64,000 nucleotides of DNA from Syncephalis fuscata S228 (GCA_025786725.1 JAHLTZ010000019.1:248001-312000); one strand, 5' to 3'; shown: positions 29,569 through 43,603, counted from the first letter of the stretch. Notes: a model not told the origin generated them from the letters alone. Program-made: numbers and translations.

Positions 29569-30841
29569 GATTAGCGTCAAATAGTTAGATTGTCAAGAGT
29601 GGTAATAATAAACTAATAAGCTGTTAAAGTCTTATTCGTCTAATGATGAAATAGCAAAAGCGCTATAATATCCCCCAAAACAAACCGGAAACTAAAAGCG
29701 AAACGAGATTAACTATGGCGTAGTTGCACTTCAAGATGGCTATAGAATAACAATAGAAAGTCGACGAGATGATACAACAAAGGTACAAGTAATAAAAAAC
29801 AACCAGGTAGACCCATAAAGACACCGTTTTATTTTGAGCACAGGTAGATACTAATCCATAATTAAACTTAACTAAAATTTTCTTTTGATGCCTAATAGTA
29901 CAATTATTTTTTATTGCTTTCACTTCCTAATACGCATTACAACCATTTTAATAAATAAATTAAAAATTAATTACACTCACTCTGTTATTTAATAATATGT
30001 TATGTGGCAATGGCATCGATCTTTTTTACTAAACTTACTACTTTATCAGTAGCATGTCCTATAATAATGACTTATATTTGGTAGTAAACTTTTTTTCTAT
30101 TTATTTACTCTTTTATTGCATTTACTATTTTATTAATAATACATACATTTATATGTTTGAATAAATTGAATCAACGTGTAGAAACAACATAGCTACTGAT
30201 AAAACAATAACTTTTGTTAATAGTCATATAACAATATAAAGTAAAACGAATGGACAAAAGATATCATATGAATAATGATAATAATAAACCAATGTCTTAC
30301 CAAACATAATTGTTAATAAATAAGCAGCTTTTATCAATGGTGTTTAATTATAAACAATAGAATAATAAAAGTAGAAATTATAGTATTAGAACTAAACCAT
30401 GTATATCGCAATCAATATAATGCGCAAGGTGTATTAAAGTTTATAACAAATAGAATATATCTAACGTATAATAAAATGATATATACTATAATAAATATAC
30501 AATTAAGATTATATTAATAAATGCTAATATATGTTTACTGACTAAAAATAATAATTAACTAATATATACCAATATTTGTTAAAATATATACTTAATAATA
30601 AAACGAGTGTGATATAGTAACTAAACTTTATAATAAATATTAGTAAATATACATTGTTAAATAGCATAGTTAGTTTGCAATCTTTCTGCTATAATAGTAT
30701 TTATATTATATCCTAAATCTATCAGAGAATATACCCAACTAATTAAAACATAAGCAAACTTATTTTTAACAAATTTTAAATTTGGGTTTTGATTTATATA
30801 ACAAATACTGCTAAAAATTTCAGTGCTCAGATTTGAGCTAT

Positions 30842-30913
30842 GGGGGATTGGCGCAATGGTAGCGCGTTCGTCTCCAAAGCGAAAGGTTGTGTGTTCGAAT
30901 CACTCATTCCCCA
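30842..30913 (+). tRNA. tRNA-Trp (CCA), intronless
   Basis: Cloverleaf with acceptor GGGGGAT/ATTCCCC, D-stem GCGC/GCGC, anticodon arm TTCGT-CTCCAAA-GCGAA and T-loop TTCGAAT; an oligo-T terminator follows. Confidence 0.93.
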
Positions 30914-31173
30914 TTCTTTTTGCTCCGTTTGTGTTCTATTTTGCTAATTAAACTATGTTTATTCTTTTGTTCAGTCGCGATGGGACATGTAGGCACGCGT
31001 GCAAGTGGTTTAGTTTTTAATACGCTAGCAATCTATATGCTATAGGGGGGATCATTTGTAGTGCTGACATTAAATAGTAATTTAAATAGGCTGTTTATTC
31101 ATTCTTTCACCAGTATTCGTCACAGTACGTCTTTCAATTTTGTTATTCTTGCCACTTTTCATCAATCGTCGTT

Positions 31174-32178
31174 ATGGCCTCGCACAATCCGTTTGATGAC
31201 GAGGAGGATCTTATTGTATCCAATACAGATGATCCCTTTGCCGATCCATCGATTGCCAACGCGCTACGATCGACAACGATAGAATTATCGTCAACAACAA
31301 CGACGTCGCAGTCGCAGCCGTTGATGACGCCGACGGCGCTCAACTTTACACCTTCGCCTACGAAATCGACCCAGAACGGGACGATTGACTCGCGCGAGGC
31401 CGAACTTCGTCGTCGCGAGCAAGAACTGGCAGAAAGGGAGCATCGACTGCGCGAAGAGGCAGAAGCTATTCGCAATGCACCTGGTGTTCTACGCCCACCT
31501 AACTTTCCCTTCTTTTATCCGCTCATCTACCTCGACATTGACGTTGAAATCCCAGAAAGTGAACGTTCTATTGTGCGTCTATTGTTCCGTTCCTGGCTGG
31601 CCACGGTAGGCACGCTATTATGGAACGCGATTGCCTGCTTCCTTATACTAGTATCGCACGCCAACGGTGTCACGACTGGTGCCAGTGATTTCGGCGTAGC
31701 ATTTATGTACTGCTTCACCATTACGGCTGCCTCCTTTTTCCTATGGTACCGGCCTATCTACAATGGATATATGAAAGAGCGATCGATGTATTACTGTAAG
31801 TTAATTGTAATTGTTTAGTAATATTTTTATTAATAATATACAATTAATATAGACATTTTTTTCATATTTAATGGATTTCATATTGGATTCCAGTACTATA
31901 TGACTATTGGCATTCCATCATCTGGTTCTGCTGGTATTATCAATACTATTTCGATGATGAGTGACGGTAAAGTCGTTGCATCTATCTTTGGTATCATTGC
32001 TTCGGTATTATGGGGAGTTGGAGGCACATTTTCGCTCTACTTGTATCGCAAGGTCCATCACCATTACCGAATGCAAGGACATACATTTGCCGATGCTAAA
32101 GGCGATGCCTTCCAGACCATGGCCACTAGCAGTCTAAGCGGTGGATATAATCGTACACAAGCTAGTAATAATGTGTAG
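31174..32178 (+). CDS. SCAMP-family secretory carrier membrane protein
   Basis: N-terminal NPF/DPF, coiled coil ELRRREQEL, PPNFP, SFFLWYRPIYN, four TM helices, one intron. Confidence 0.92.
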
Positions 32179-32361
32179 CATCATAGCCAGGCACGTGTAT
32201 GATGATGTCAATTATCCAGTCTGCGTGCAGGCACGCTAAAGACACGTTATTTTACTTTAGCAGTAGATTGAATGTGCCAAACATTAATTCAATAAATATG
32301 TGTTTTAAAACCAATTTAATGATGAATAAGTTTATTACTCCGATTAGAAAGCAAAAAGTAT

Positions 32362-32727
32362 TTACAGCTTAGAAGCTGGTGGAGCTAGTTGGGCGAGGAC
32401 TTTGTCTAACTTCATGGCCGTCATCATATTGCCCTTGATCTTAATGATACCCTTCATAAAAGCCTGTTGACCCTTTAGTTTACCGCTGGCCAGCTCGACG
32501 AATGGCTTCTCGTCAACGCTGATGGTAATATCTGACTTGGCGGCAGCGCCTTCTGCGGACGATCCCTTGCCGTCCTTTAGGTTAAGCGTGTGCTTCACCT
32601 GTCCTCCTGCTGTTTTGACGTCAAAAACGAAGATGGCTTTGGTATCTTTAACCAACTTTTCACGATCGCTGTCGGGCAAAGACGCAAGACCGGCGTCAAA
32701 TTGCTTGAAAATAGCGGTTGCAGACAT
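32362..32727 (-). CDS. Stand-alone SCP2 sterol-carrier protein with PTS1
   Basis: SDITISV...LASGKLKGQQAFMKGIIKIKGNMMTAMKL; C-terminal SKL peroxisomal signal. Confidence 0.92.
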   Translation of the reverse strand: MSATAIFKQFDAGLASLPDSDREKLVKDTKAIFVFDVKTAGGQVKHTLNLKDGKGSSAEGAAAKSDITISVDEKPFVELASGKLKGQQAFMKGIIKIKGNMMTAMKLDKVLAQLAPPASKL

Positions 32728-32909
32728 GATGATAGTAATAGGAGCTGAGTATGAAAACAATTGAGTTGATCAAATAGAACTAGAAGGAAAGAAGAGTATT
32801 TATTATTTGTGGAGTGTGTTGTCGTCTAACGTCATCCTTTAATACTTTGTTGGTTGATCTACTCACACACACATGATGTAAACGGCATTACCACGTTGTT
32901 ATTGCCGAA

Positions 32910-34145
32910 TCACGTGAAGGCTAAATTAGACCATTGGGTCGCGACCACAAGACCGAATATCATTGCAAGTTTCCAGGTTACTTCCAGTGGTGATAGATCT
33001 GCTAGAAGTGAGGCGGCACCTGCACAAACTGTACACATAATGGCTATAATAGTAAAAGAGGGGTTAGTAATAAGTGTAGTTAATAATAATAATAATAATA
33101 ATAATAACAATAATAATAGTAACAAAAATGAGATTAATAATAAAGTGATCAATAATAGTAAAGAAATAGTATTGATAATAATGATAGATTAATACATCAA
33201 ATTAATTAATACAATGTTTATCATTGTATAAATGTATGATAACCTACCACCAGCATTACTTAAGCCAAAGGTAGTACCACGATAGACAAGAAGTCGACCA
33301 CTATCTGGCAATGCATCCTTGCCACGCTCGTCAAAGATAATAAGCTGGTAACGACCATATTCTAAAAGTGGGCCCGACTTTGCATCATCCCATGTGTTTG
33401 TATCCCATTTATATTCAGTTGTATCGCCGGATATGTTCGCGGCAAGTGTTACTTGGTGGCGATCAGGACCGGCAACAAGTATAGTCAGGTTTTTTGGTGG
33501 AAAGCGAAGATTATCATCGTACTTCCATTTAAACGTAATAGTTTCACCTAGACGATAGCGTGGTGTATAATTCTCTCTAGCCTGTGGCTCTGTCATAACA
33601 AGTCGACCAGGCGGATGAGATGGATCCATAGTGTCGGCTGGATTGAGCTTTTCGCTGCTATTACCGCTAGTGCTACTGCTATCAATATCAGTTAGATTAT
33701 GTTTTTTACCGTTAAATATAGCTTTTGAATCCATATCCGCTGTTTTATTACTTGATGAACTACTACTTTCATTACTTGTATTATGACGATCTGCTTCACT
33801 TGTCGCTTCTTTACTATTGCCATTCGCTTTACTCTTGCCATTATTTGATTCTTTTTTATCTTTCTCTTCTACTGATGTGCTGTTCGATGATGGCGGTGTC
33901 GACTTATCCAAATCACTAGACCTGGACGAAGATGCTACTGTTTCTTTAGTATGTCCTACTGATCCATGGCCATTGGAATCCGTGTTCATAGTATTATTAT
34001 TATTATGGTTATTATTATTCGATGTATTGACATCTATATTATTTTAATATTTAACATTTATTATATTAATTGTATTTACCTCGACGGACTATAACTACAC
34101 CATCATAAACGTTAGAAATTGATGTAGAGGTACATAATGTAGCAT
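32910..34145 (-). CDS. Secreted or membrane-anchored Ser/Thr-rich fungal protein with a C-terminal beta-sandwich domain
   Basis: Hydrophobic N-terminus, S/T/N-rich stalk, PPGRLVMTEP...ITFKWKY...YQLIIFDERG, then a CxxC motif and hydrophobic C-terminus after an (AAT)n-containing intron. Confidence 0.7.
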
Positions 34146-34373
34146 AAATTGTATACGTGATAGCAACTAATAGCCAACAATAGAATGTATATCTATGCAT
34201 GTTATTGATACTTTACTAATAACGTGGATAACATATGAAAAGAAAATACGATGTCCAGCAACTTTACTATTATAGTAGTCGTGTTTTATATAACATCTTA
34301 ATCATAAACAATAGTTCAAAGGGGTACTGACAATGGAAGGAGAAGGCGATAACAACAAATGTGACTTATTTTA

Positions 34374-37300
34374 CTACTTGATAAGTTTAAGGGACCAGTT
34401 GTTGCCGACCAAGGTGGCAGGATTACGGATAACACAGCGAGTACCGGGTTGCGCGCCTGTGTCTCCAAGTGATGCTAATATTTGAGTACAGGAAACATCA
34501 GTTTGTGCAGTACGAGTTGTATTTTTGCTAGTAATGCCATGGCCAGTTTCTTCAATGGCTGCATAGCGCCAATCTGATTCGGTTGCACCAAGAATAATAA
34601 CCCGTTCTATACGTAGTTTTCGCGCTGACACTTGTTCATTATACTTGTCGCTAATTGTATCAAGTTCAAGCATGGATAGCTTTCTGTAGTCGGTAGGCGA
34701 TTCGGAAGTAAGAACACCGTCCTTGAATATAAAACGACGATGTATATAGGCACCATCCAAAAAGTCGTACGTTACACCGTCGTCAATGTAAAGTTCGCCT
34801 TGTGCTGTTCCCTATAATATGCCGTTGGATCAGTTAGTGTATTGACTAGGGTTTTATACTTACATTATTGTCAAGTGCAACAATCAACGTAAATGGATCA
34901 TCCTTCATTAGTGTGGAAGCGGATCGAATGCGCTGTCGTGTCGATATAATTGATCCACCTCGAATGTATACTGGAATACGGTTAAGCGGTGCGGCTGCTT
35001 GTAATTGGCCTGGTAAATATTTGACCATTGTAAAGTAGTCATACCATGGCTAGTTATAATATTAAATATTAATAAACCAAAATATATAAATTAGATATTA
35101 CGCTTACCTCACTGCCTGGTAAGACTACATTGATAAAGGCTGCATTGGACTGAGTAACTGGACATATAAGCAGGTCACGGCCTAGCATGTATTGTTTATC
35201 GTTGGCAAAAAGAGAAATATCTTTTGGAAATTCAATAAACATTGGTCTAAACAATTAATACTGTATTAGTTATTGTCATCTATTTTGATTATTTAATTAC
35301 CTGGCCACTGGCATGCCTGTAAGTGCTGAAATGCGGAAGAGTGTATACCAGAATGGCAATAGGCTGTACCGTATACGGATAGCATCTCGCATCAACAGCA
35401 TGTATTTCTTTTCGAATAGCCATGGCTCACGTCGTTTTGAGTCAAGATGGGCATGGGCACGGAAGAAAGGTTGGAAAGCACCTGCTTGATACCAACGTAC
35501 CAATAATTCAGGTTCTGGATTGCCAAAGAAGCCACCCACATCGGCTAAATAATAACCATGTGATTAATAATAAATACTATACAATAAGTAGGATAAATAC
35601 TTACCGCCTACAAATGGAATACCACCCAAACTGGTACTCAACACCATTTGAATTGATAAAGCTAATTGCTCCCATGTTGCCATATTATCGCCAGTCCACA
35701 CTGCGCTTACTTTCTGTGTACCAGGGAAGAATGCGCGTGACAATACGAATGGACGACGTGTTGGTGAAGTGCGTCGTTGCACACCACGTGCAGTCGATTC
35801 GTGCTAATAATTTGTATAAATTAATATTGTATTGCTAACAGCTAATGGCCAATATAACTTACGAAAAGCAGTCCAAATAGATTATGAACGTCGCGATGTT
35901 CCCAATTACCATAGTGGATCATTTCCTTGGGCATTGTAATTTCTGGTCCGCTGAATACTGATGGCTATATTGACATGTATTGTGAATAAAAGTCGCATCA
36001 ATCAATTCAGCGTTAATAAACTTACTTCATTCATATCATTCCAAATGTGTAAAAATTCAGTTGTATATTTGTATTGATCAAATTGGAATTTTTCAATCCA
36101 CCATTGCTGTGCTTGTGGATTTAAATAATCAATCCAGCGAGAATTACCGGGCCAGCACCATCCTTCAAAGTCAGTACCATCTGGCCGTTTGATCCATAGT
36201 CCTTTTTCGGTTGCTTCTTTGAATACATAGTAGTCTGGATCATTTTTAATATGTGGATCTACAATTGTAACCATCTAAAGTAAAATAAATAAATATATTA
36301 ATAAGTCGATATGTATATGTATATATTTAATTGGCATTAACACTTACCTTTCTTCCCTTACTGCCCAAGTTATTTTGCATAGTAATTGGATCAGGGAATT
36401 TGGTCAGATCCCAAGTAAAGTAGCGACGTTCTATTGTATGATCAATATCTAGCCAAATGACATCGTAAGGGATATCATAACGATCAAAGTTGGCATCAAC
36501 TTGTTTGACGTCTTCCTGATTCAGATAGTTCCATCGGCATTGATGATAACCCAATGAAAACTCGGGTGGCTGAGCAGGATGGCCAGTAAGACGACCATAT
36601 TGTGCATAGATGTCGGAAGGATTTGGGCCAGGAAGTAAAAGAACATCAAGTACGCCCGACTCACTTACCCAGTGGGTGCGTGTACTTTTGTCGCTTTGTT
36701 CAAATTGGCCATCAATCTAACGAATAAATATTATTTAATTAGCTATTTAATTAGTTATTTAATTAGTTTATAATAGTGCTCTACTAACATCATCTGTCGA
36801 TAATGGTTCTTTAACAATATCAATCCATGTCTCTGCTGAGTTAAGCCAGAACGCAGCCGCTGTATTGCCTGAGTTGCGGTGTCCTAGCATTAGTGGTACT
36901 GACCCATAAAGTGCCATTGGCGAGTCACTTAGATGCTGAAAGACATCAAGATTGTATAAACGGTAAGGATCTGTGTACGCGTTTTCGCCACCTCTATTGC
37001 TTATTATTAGTATTAATATAGCGCTATTTGTTCCACATACCGTGTAGTTTTTAGCGAAATAGGTGCTGCATGAGATGGAATGCCGTAGACGTGTTCTGCA
37101 CCAGGAAAAGTAATATCGAGTGCTACAGCAGTGGGTCCTGTACACATATTAACTTAATTAGTATAGATGATAAATGTCTGTATACTATTACCGTTTGGTT
37201 TTGGATCATGGTTGCCATTAAAATCTTCTTCCCAAGCACCGTCTTCGTTGATTTGGTCCAGTTCCGAAGTAGCTACTTTAGATGTAGGCGTATCTGATGA

Positions 37301-37927
37301 TGCATCGGCCGATCCAGCCGATACTGAGGCTGGCTTATCACGTATACGTTCAAATCGCATTAAGCCACGCTCATTGAGTACCATCGTTGTTTGGCCATTT
37401 TGCTGTAGTTCAACTCGCCATGGCCGAAGCTGCATCACTAGTTCAATGTTGCTATCCTCTGCATAGCTCAATCGAACTTTGTTTTGTTCCGTCACCAATG
37501 AGCCTTTTGCAGAGGGCATTATGCCATCAAATTGCAGTACGAATTTGTCAAGTTCACTGAACCGTGGTCGTTTCGACGTGGGGTCGGATACTTGGAGGCG
37601 AACAACGCCATTAGACGATGTTAACACAACCAGTCGTAAAGGTGACAAAGCTGGTTTGCCTTCCGGTACATCCTCGTGTAACTGTGCAGTCAACACACCT
37701 TCATTGAACTGGACTGAGCTACCATCAAGCCAATAGGGTGTTTGGCGTTCTGTCGTTTCTGCCAACATGTAGTCGGCATAGCGTCGATTACGCCGACAAA
37801 AGCCTGATTGTGCACATTTCTTAAAATCCTCTTCTTTAACGCCGTCACTCATATTCGCCACAAGTAGCGTAGTTACTAGCCAGGCGGTGATAACTGCGCT
37901 GACGCGCGTATTCAAACCAAATGGCAT
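34374..37927 (-). CDS. ROT2: Glucosidase II alpha subunit (GH31)
   Basis: [42 protein letters not shown], catalytic WNDMNE, WTGDN and [17 protein letters not shown]. Confidence 0.95.
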
Positions 37928-38380
37928 GGTTGGTTGGTTATAGTTTCCAATAACAAGCAATGACGTCAGTATGCAATTCGATAGATAAAAGAAAGACAAC
38001 TTGGCTTATTAGTTGTTATTGCAGTATAGGACACGTACAAGTTTGTTGTAAATAGAGGATTTGCAGTAGCAAGTAAGTAGGAGTGGTCGATAAGAGAAAG
38101 GGGAAGATGAGTGAACACGTAATAACAACTTGAACTTGACTAGTATTTATTTATTTAATTATATTTAAGTAAGTAGATAGGCCAATACTTCATCATCTGT
38201 GGTGTTAATGATGCTTTCTGCCTTGAATGAATTATCCACTCATTTAAGCCAGGTTTGACCGTAATGTCTACTTGAGCTTAACTGGTATTATTACTGGGTG
38301 GGTGCTCATCCACAAGTCTACACTTAATTAGTTTATAATTACATTTTTTTGATTTTCTTGTTTATTATTGTTAGTCGGCC

Positions 38381-39680
38381 ATGGCGAATTCCACTCTGAC
38401 TCCTGCAAAACTTAAAGTAACTGAATTGAAAGATGAACTGGCAGCTAGACAACTGTCGACGAAAGGTAAAAAGGCCGAGCTTGTTGCGCGATTAGAGGAG
38501 GCACTTGTGCATGAGGAGCAAACCGGATCTGGTAATTCCACGCTACAACAGGGAGAACAGCCGGTTATTGAAGAAGAGGTAGCAGCAATAGCACCTGATA
38601 CGGTGTCCAAGGATAAAGCTATAGACAATGGATTGACTGTGCTTGATATACCATCGACCAGTAATGCGAACTTTACTAAACCTTCAACGCCATCAGATTC
38701 TAATGCAGTACAGTTGGAGGTAGAGGTGGTAGCATCGATAAATGACCAAGCAGTGTCTGCTATAGAAAATAGAGCAGAATCAATAGCGACTAAAGAGTCA
38801 CCAGATGCAATGGACCAAGCATTTGAATCTATTGCTACTCCACCAACTGTAACATCTATACCTGCTTCTACTATGGATGAATCAACTGCTGATAAGATAG
38901 AAAATACCATTACCAATACTACTATTGCTGCTGACAATACTATTGCCACCACCAGCACCACTACTACTGACATGGATACGTCAGCTTATATTGATCAAGG
39001 ACGTAATAGTCTATGTGTATGGAATTTTGTTCGTCCATTTACGCTACCACAGGCTAAAGAGCTGTTTGAACGGCATGGAGAGATAAAGCAATTCTGGATG
39101 GATAAATTACGATCACGTTGCTATGTTACGGTAAGCAGTATTATTATTATTATTGCGTAATTAAGTAATACAGCTTGATTTAACATTAATTACTGACTAT
39201 TAATGTATATAGTTTAATTCGGCTCAAGAAGCTGCCGTGGCAGCAAGTGCAATTAATGGCATATTATTTCCAGAACCACATGGTAAACATTTAAATGTAG
39301 CACTGCTATCAAATGAACGTACCAACCAATTACTTGATGAAGAGCAGGCCGATTCACAATTAACGTCATCCAACCGCACTAAACGATTGTGGATTCAGCC
39401 ACAGACAAATGGTGATATTTTACTGGTGGATACAGATCCTCAAGCTAGTTCAAGTAGCAAACGTTTTCGCGAGGAATCAAGCAGTATGATCATGCCTGAT
39501 GATCGTTCTAAAAAGCGAACAGCATATGATACTAGTGCATCTTTGTCGCTACCACCGCCACCACCACCTCGTGTCGATATAAACCATTTATTCCAGAAAA
39601 CGAGAACAAAACCACATTTGTATTATCGGCCATTGACCGACCAAGAGGTCATAGAACGGCGACGAACACATCGTCAGTAG
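38381..39680 (+). CDS. Acinus-like protein (SAP domain + RRM + RSB motif)
   Basis: LKVTELKDELAARQLSTKGKKAELVARL (SAP), NFVRPFTLPQAKEL...FWMDKLRSRCYV (Acinus RRM) and LFQKTRTKPHLYYRPL. Confidence 0.9.
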
Positions 39681-39870
39681 AGTAAAAAAGGTTATTAGAA
39701 TTTTACAATGCTTGAATATAGTAAATTGAAATGTTGAAATGTTTCACTTGAATAATTTATTAATAATTAACATCATTTAGTGTTAAATGACTATTTTAAT
39801 AACATTTAATTTATTAAATATAATAATGAGTGGTGAATGACATCAATCATCAAAATACTCATTATTGTAG

Positions 39871-40174
39871 GGGGGAGGCGTGGTGGCCTAAACGGTCAAC
39901 GCGTCTTCCCTAAAGTAGGAAAATGTTGGTTCGCCTAGTTCGAATCTTGTTTTCAGGAAATGCGTGATGGGATCCTTCCGTAGAAGAAATGGTCGATATT
40001 CCAACACGTGAGGAGAGCCACCAACGGTTTCAGTTGTAGATGGCAGGTTCTGCGTTGCGCGCGGATAGGTTCGAAATGAACCGTCTATTCTCCTAGGGGT
40101 GGCAGACAAATGCTGCAAATGCGCGGTTAGGTCCTACGGACCGTTGTCTCACTTAAGCTAATAAATTCAAATTC
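39871..40174 (+). mobile_element. tRNA-derived SINE (about 304 bp) with 18-bp TSD
   Basis: A-box TGGCCTAAACGG, B-box GTTCGAATC, 3' hairpin GGTCC-TAC-GGACC and an (AAATTC)2 tail. Flanked by the direct repeat AAATACTCATTATTGTAG at 39853-39870 and 40175-40192. Confidence 0.88.
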
Positions 40175-41372
40175 AAATACTCATTATTGTAGATTTATTA
40201 TTTGGTATACATATATACTCTATTCACAAATATTATTCCTATTGTATGTTCATTCTACTATATTATTTAATCATACTGATCGGATTTTATTCCAATATTG
40301 TTATTCGTTTGCTGCTAACTCTACTTAAAAGTTTTGAACTATTTTTTTATTGGGCTATACACATTATAAATTCAGCTCCGTTGTTCATACGTTTTACTTG
40401 TTGCTCTAGTTTATTTCGCATTATTCTACACTCTAGTACCCACACACTATTCAAAGCTAGTGCTTGCTTGGCTCTAGCTTTATTAGCTGTAAACCACAAC
40501 TCATTCCACTCGCCGCATTGTCATTTACATTATAGCTCCATTACAAGTAATCACACACTTTCATCTGTTTACTCCTAGTGTTTTATACTATCCTATAATT
40601 CAATATATAAATTTATTATGCAATAGTTTTCTGTTAGTCAGTGTTAGCACGTGGTATCTTATGCATCGGATTGTTTAATCACTATGCTTTATTGCATAAA
40701 GTAAGACCAGGTTTACTAATACTATTTTTCATTATGACGATAGCATATTTATATTAATTGCTGTTGTAACATTTTATAAACTTTATTGTTAATTATAAGA
40801 TTGATTGATTAGCTAGTTTTGTAATAATAAACCACTTATTAAATAATTTAAATCTTACCTAGTCTTTTTGACAATTCACCGCATTTATATGCAGATTCAG
40901 CATATATTTAATACAATAAATAACACCAACATTCGTCACATTTCAATAAGCATATGCATTTGTATGCTTAGCATATTACAAATAGAATGAATTAGACTGT
41001 AGTTGTGCGAGTCCTGTTTTTTCTTGTGTTTTACGTCACTTATTTCTTGTTGTGATTGCGTCCGGACCGCGGGTACGAATGGCGATATAAATACAGTAAT
41101 ACGCGCATTTAATAACAACGAGCAACGCTTCCTTTCCGCTATTCTTACGCGATTTAGTTACCGATAGTATACCTTTTATTGTATGCTAAGTCTTTACAAA
41201 GGAACTCTTTACTCATATAGTCCGTTACTCGTACACGGTGTTTATCTAGTATCTCCGCTCACCTCCGTTGTACTCACAACTGCCGTGAAGTCCTACTTGT
41301 ATTTGAACAAAGTACCACACTCGTCAGTCTACCTGCTGCGTAATACTCATATCAAAGCCATTTTTAGTTAAA

Positions 41373-43383
41373 ATGGCGTTGAACAGTGACAATGATCGTA
41401 TTTGGAAGAATGTTGATGTTTTATTATATCTGCGCAACTTTATGGATGACAAAAAATTGGTACTACTTGCCAAGAGTTGCCGTTTCATTCATCAAATAAT
41501 AACTGGCCAGTCTTATATCTGGAAACGGCGATATATGCAAAATTATTGCTTAGGCGATAAACGCAAACAAGAATGGCTTTTATGGTTTATCTGGTGCACA
41601 AATACTACAGCAAACGCAAGCATGCTTACGCCCAGTATAAACATAAAGAAACAAAAACGTTCATTATTGTCTAAAACTACAACAATTAATAATAGCGATG
41701 ATGAGGCTACGTTGTCTGTTAATGATTGCTTGTTAACTCCTGGCTTTGATACCGTCAAATGGTACTGTGCGTTTCAACGTCGCAAACAGACCAGCTACGA
41801 CTTGATGGCTAGCCGATTCAATGAGCGAAGCTACCAATTGCCAGTTGATGAGCGTGCGGAACTAGGAATAGTCAGCACAAACCCATGGAACACATTAGTA
41901 TATGATAACAGAACACCAAAAATATGGCTAATTTATCATGTTGTTCGTGAAGAAGAACGTGAACATGATAGCGAGGCAATAATCGGAGAAGAATTGATTA
42001 GCACTTTAGCATTACATGATAGCACGCCTTGCGTGGATTCTATTCATGGAACAAGTCGATTTGTTGTGGCCAGCATTTCATTGATGGTATGTGGAGATGC
42101 AAAACCAATTTATATCGGTGATCCAGTAGGTAAGTACTAATGATCAACACTAATAATTGTAGCAAACATTTATTAACACCAATAATAATAGTGGAATGGC
42201 CTAAAGCAGAAGTGCAGCGCGACACAGAAAATGAGTCTGCAGAAGCTGTTGCATTAGCGACCTTTGCATTTTTTGAAAAGCTAAAATTTGGCACACGAAC
42301 TGCTATTATAGTATGGCTATTGATAATAGCTCACCTCCAAACATTATCTATCGTACTGGCGGTATTCAAGAAGGAGAATGCACAGCATTTTGGCCAGAAT
42401 TAATCGATACTTGTGGCGGCTGGTTACTTTTTCGCAAACGCAATATAAAAATAGCACCGCGTTGCCAATTGTATTTGTATAATTGTAACGAAAGTCAATG
42501 GATAGAAGTTTCATCGTCTAATTTTCTTTCATCCGGTTCGATTCAGTTTGCTTGCCGTAACCAATGTCAATCGTTAAAGTTTTCAATAGCATGTAAATTT
42601 ATGGAAGCTAGCGACGCTTCTACGTCCACTGCTGTACAAGATTTGAAAACTGTTGGCAGCGACGACCAATTAATAAGTATCAAATGGAAACTATTTGATT
42701 TCCAAACGGTCTAATCTAAATGTGGACCAATATCATCGGGCCAGTTCTACCTCCCATACTGTCCAAACGCCATTACCAAATCTGTGATGTATACGAATAG
42801 AATGAGCTTAGTTATTCTATATGACTTAACTGATGAAGAACACAAAATCCACAATGGAACGTCTAATGCCTCACTCTCTTTATTTGCATTAAAAAGACCA
42901 TCACGCGATGGCTCGCTGCAACATTCATTCGACGCTGGAAATTATAATCAACTATTGCCAATTGATAGTTCTGAACAAGGACACATATTATGGACTCGAG
43001 TTATCCACAACAATACCGTTACACCGCTATACAGCGAGAAACTGATCGTCGTTCGAGATGCTAGAAAATATAATATACTGGATGCTTGAAACGGAAATAT
43101 ATTGCGTTCAATTGCTTGTCCAAGCCATTCAAAGTTTATTCCTTTGCTTGGATCTTTGTGCGCGGTATTCAACAAAAAATCTGGAAAAAACTACCTTATT
43201 GATATGCACGCTGGCAGTATTTGCATACCATCAGCACGTCCTGCTAGAGAACAAACAGGAGATGGACATTTGCTATTCTCAAATCGCAATATATATTTCG
43301 AGTATTTTGACTATTATGCATCAAGTGTTGCTGTTAGTCGAGTCGGCTTATATAATGGAGCATACAAAGCATATATGCTATAA
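41373..43383 (+). pseudogene. Lineage-specific F-box-like gene, disrupted
   Basis: N-terminal F-box-like DVLLYLRNFMDDKKLVLLAKSCRFIHQI...IWK; intron 42130-42191; frameshift near 42313; in-frame TAA 42712-42714 and TGA 43087-43089; TATA box near 41085. Confidence 0.7.
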
Positions 43384-43603
43384 ATAAAGCTGTAGCTGCA
43401 AGCATTTAATACAAACCATTTTATATTCCATTTATTCTTTATGCCTTTTATTAGCAATTTACTAAACCATTTAATAAATTTTGGTGTTAAATGACTACAT
43501 TTAATAATATTTGTACATTTAAGCTAACATTTGTTCTATCAGAAATGGTGATGGTGGTGAATGATATTAAAAAACAAATGATCGTAGTTGATGTTTTGTT
43601 TTG

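Noticed and set aside
19418-33120. Microsatellites (TATC)n near 19418, (GT)n near 21677, (GATA)n near 22088 and (AAT)n near 33081
   Set aside because: These are ordinary short simple repeats in UTRs and introns.
39871-39956. Functional tRNA gene
   Set aside because: It has A/B boxes but no proper acceptor stem, and it continues into a body, tail and TSD, so it is a SINE head.
39888-40118. 76-aa ORF on the - strand
   Set aside because: It is antisense to the SINE, starts at a non-ATG codon and has no recognisable motifs.
42712-43089. Stop-codon reassignment or readthrough in the F-box gene
   Set aside because: TAA, TAG and TGA all terminate conserved genes here, the tRNA-Trp keeps its 27:43 pair, and the gene also has a frameshift.
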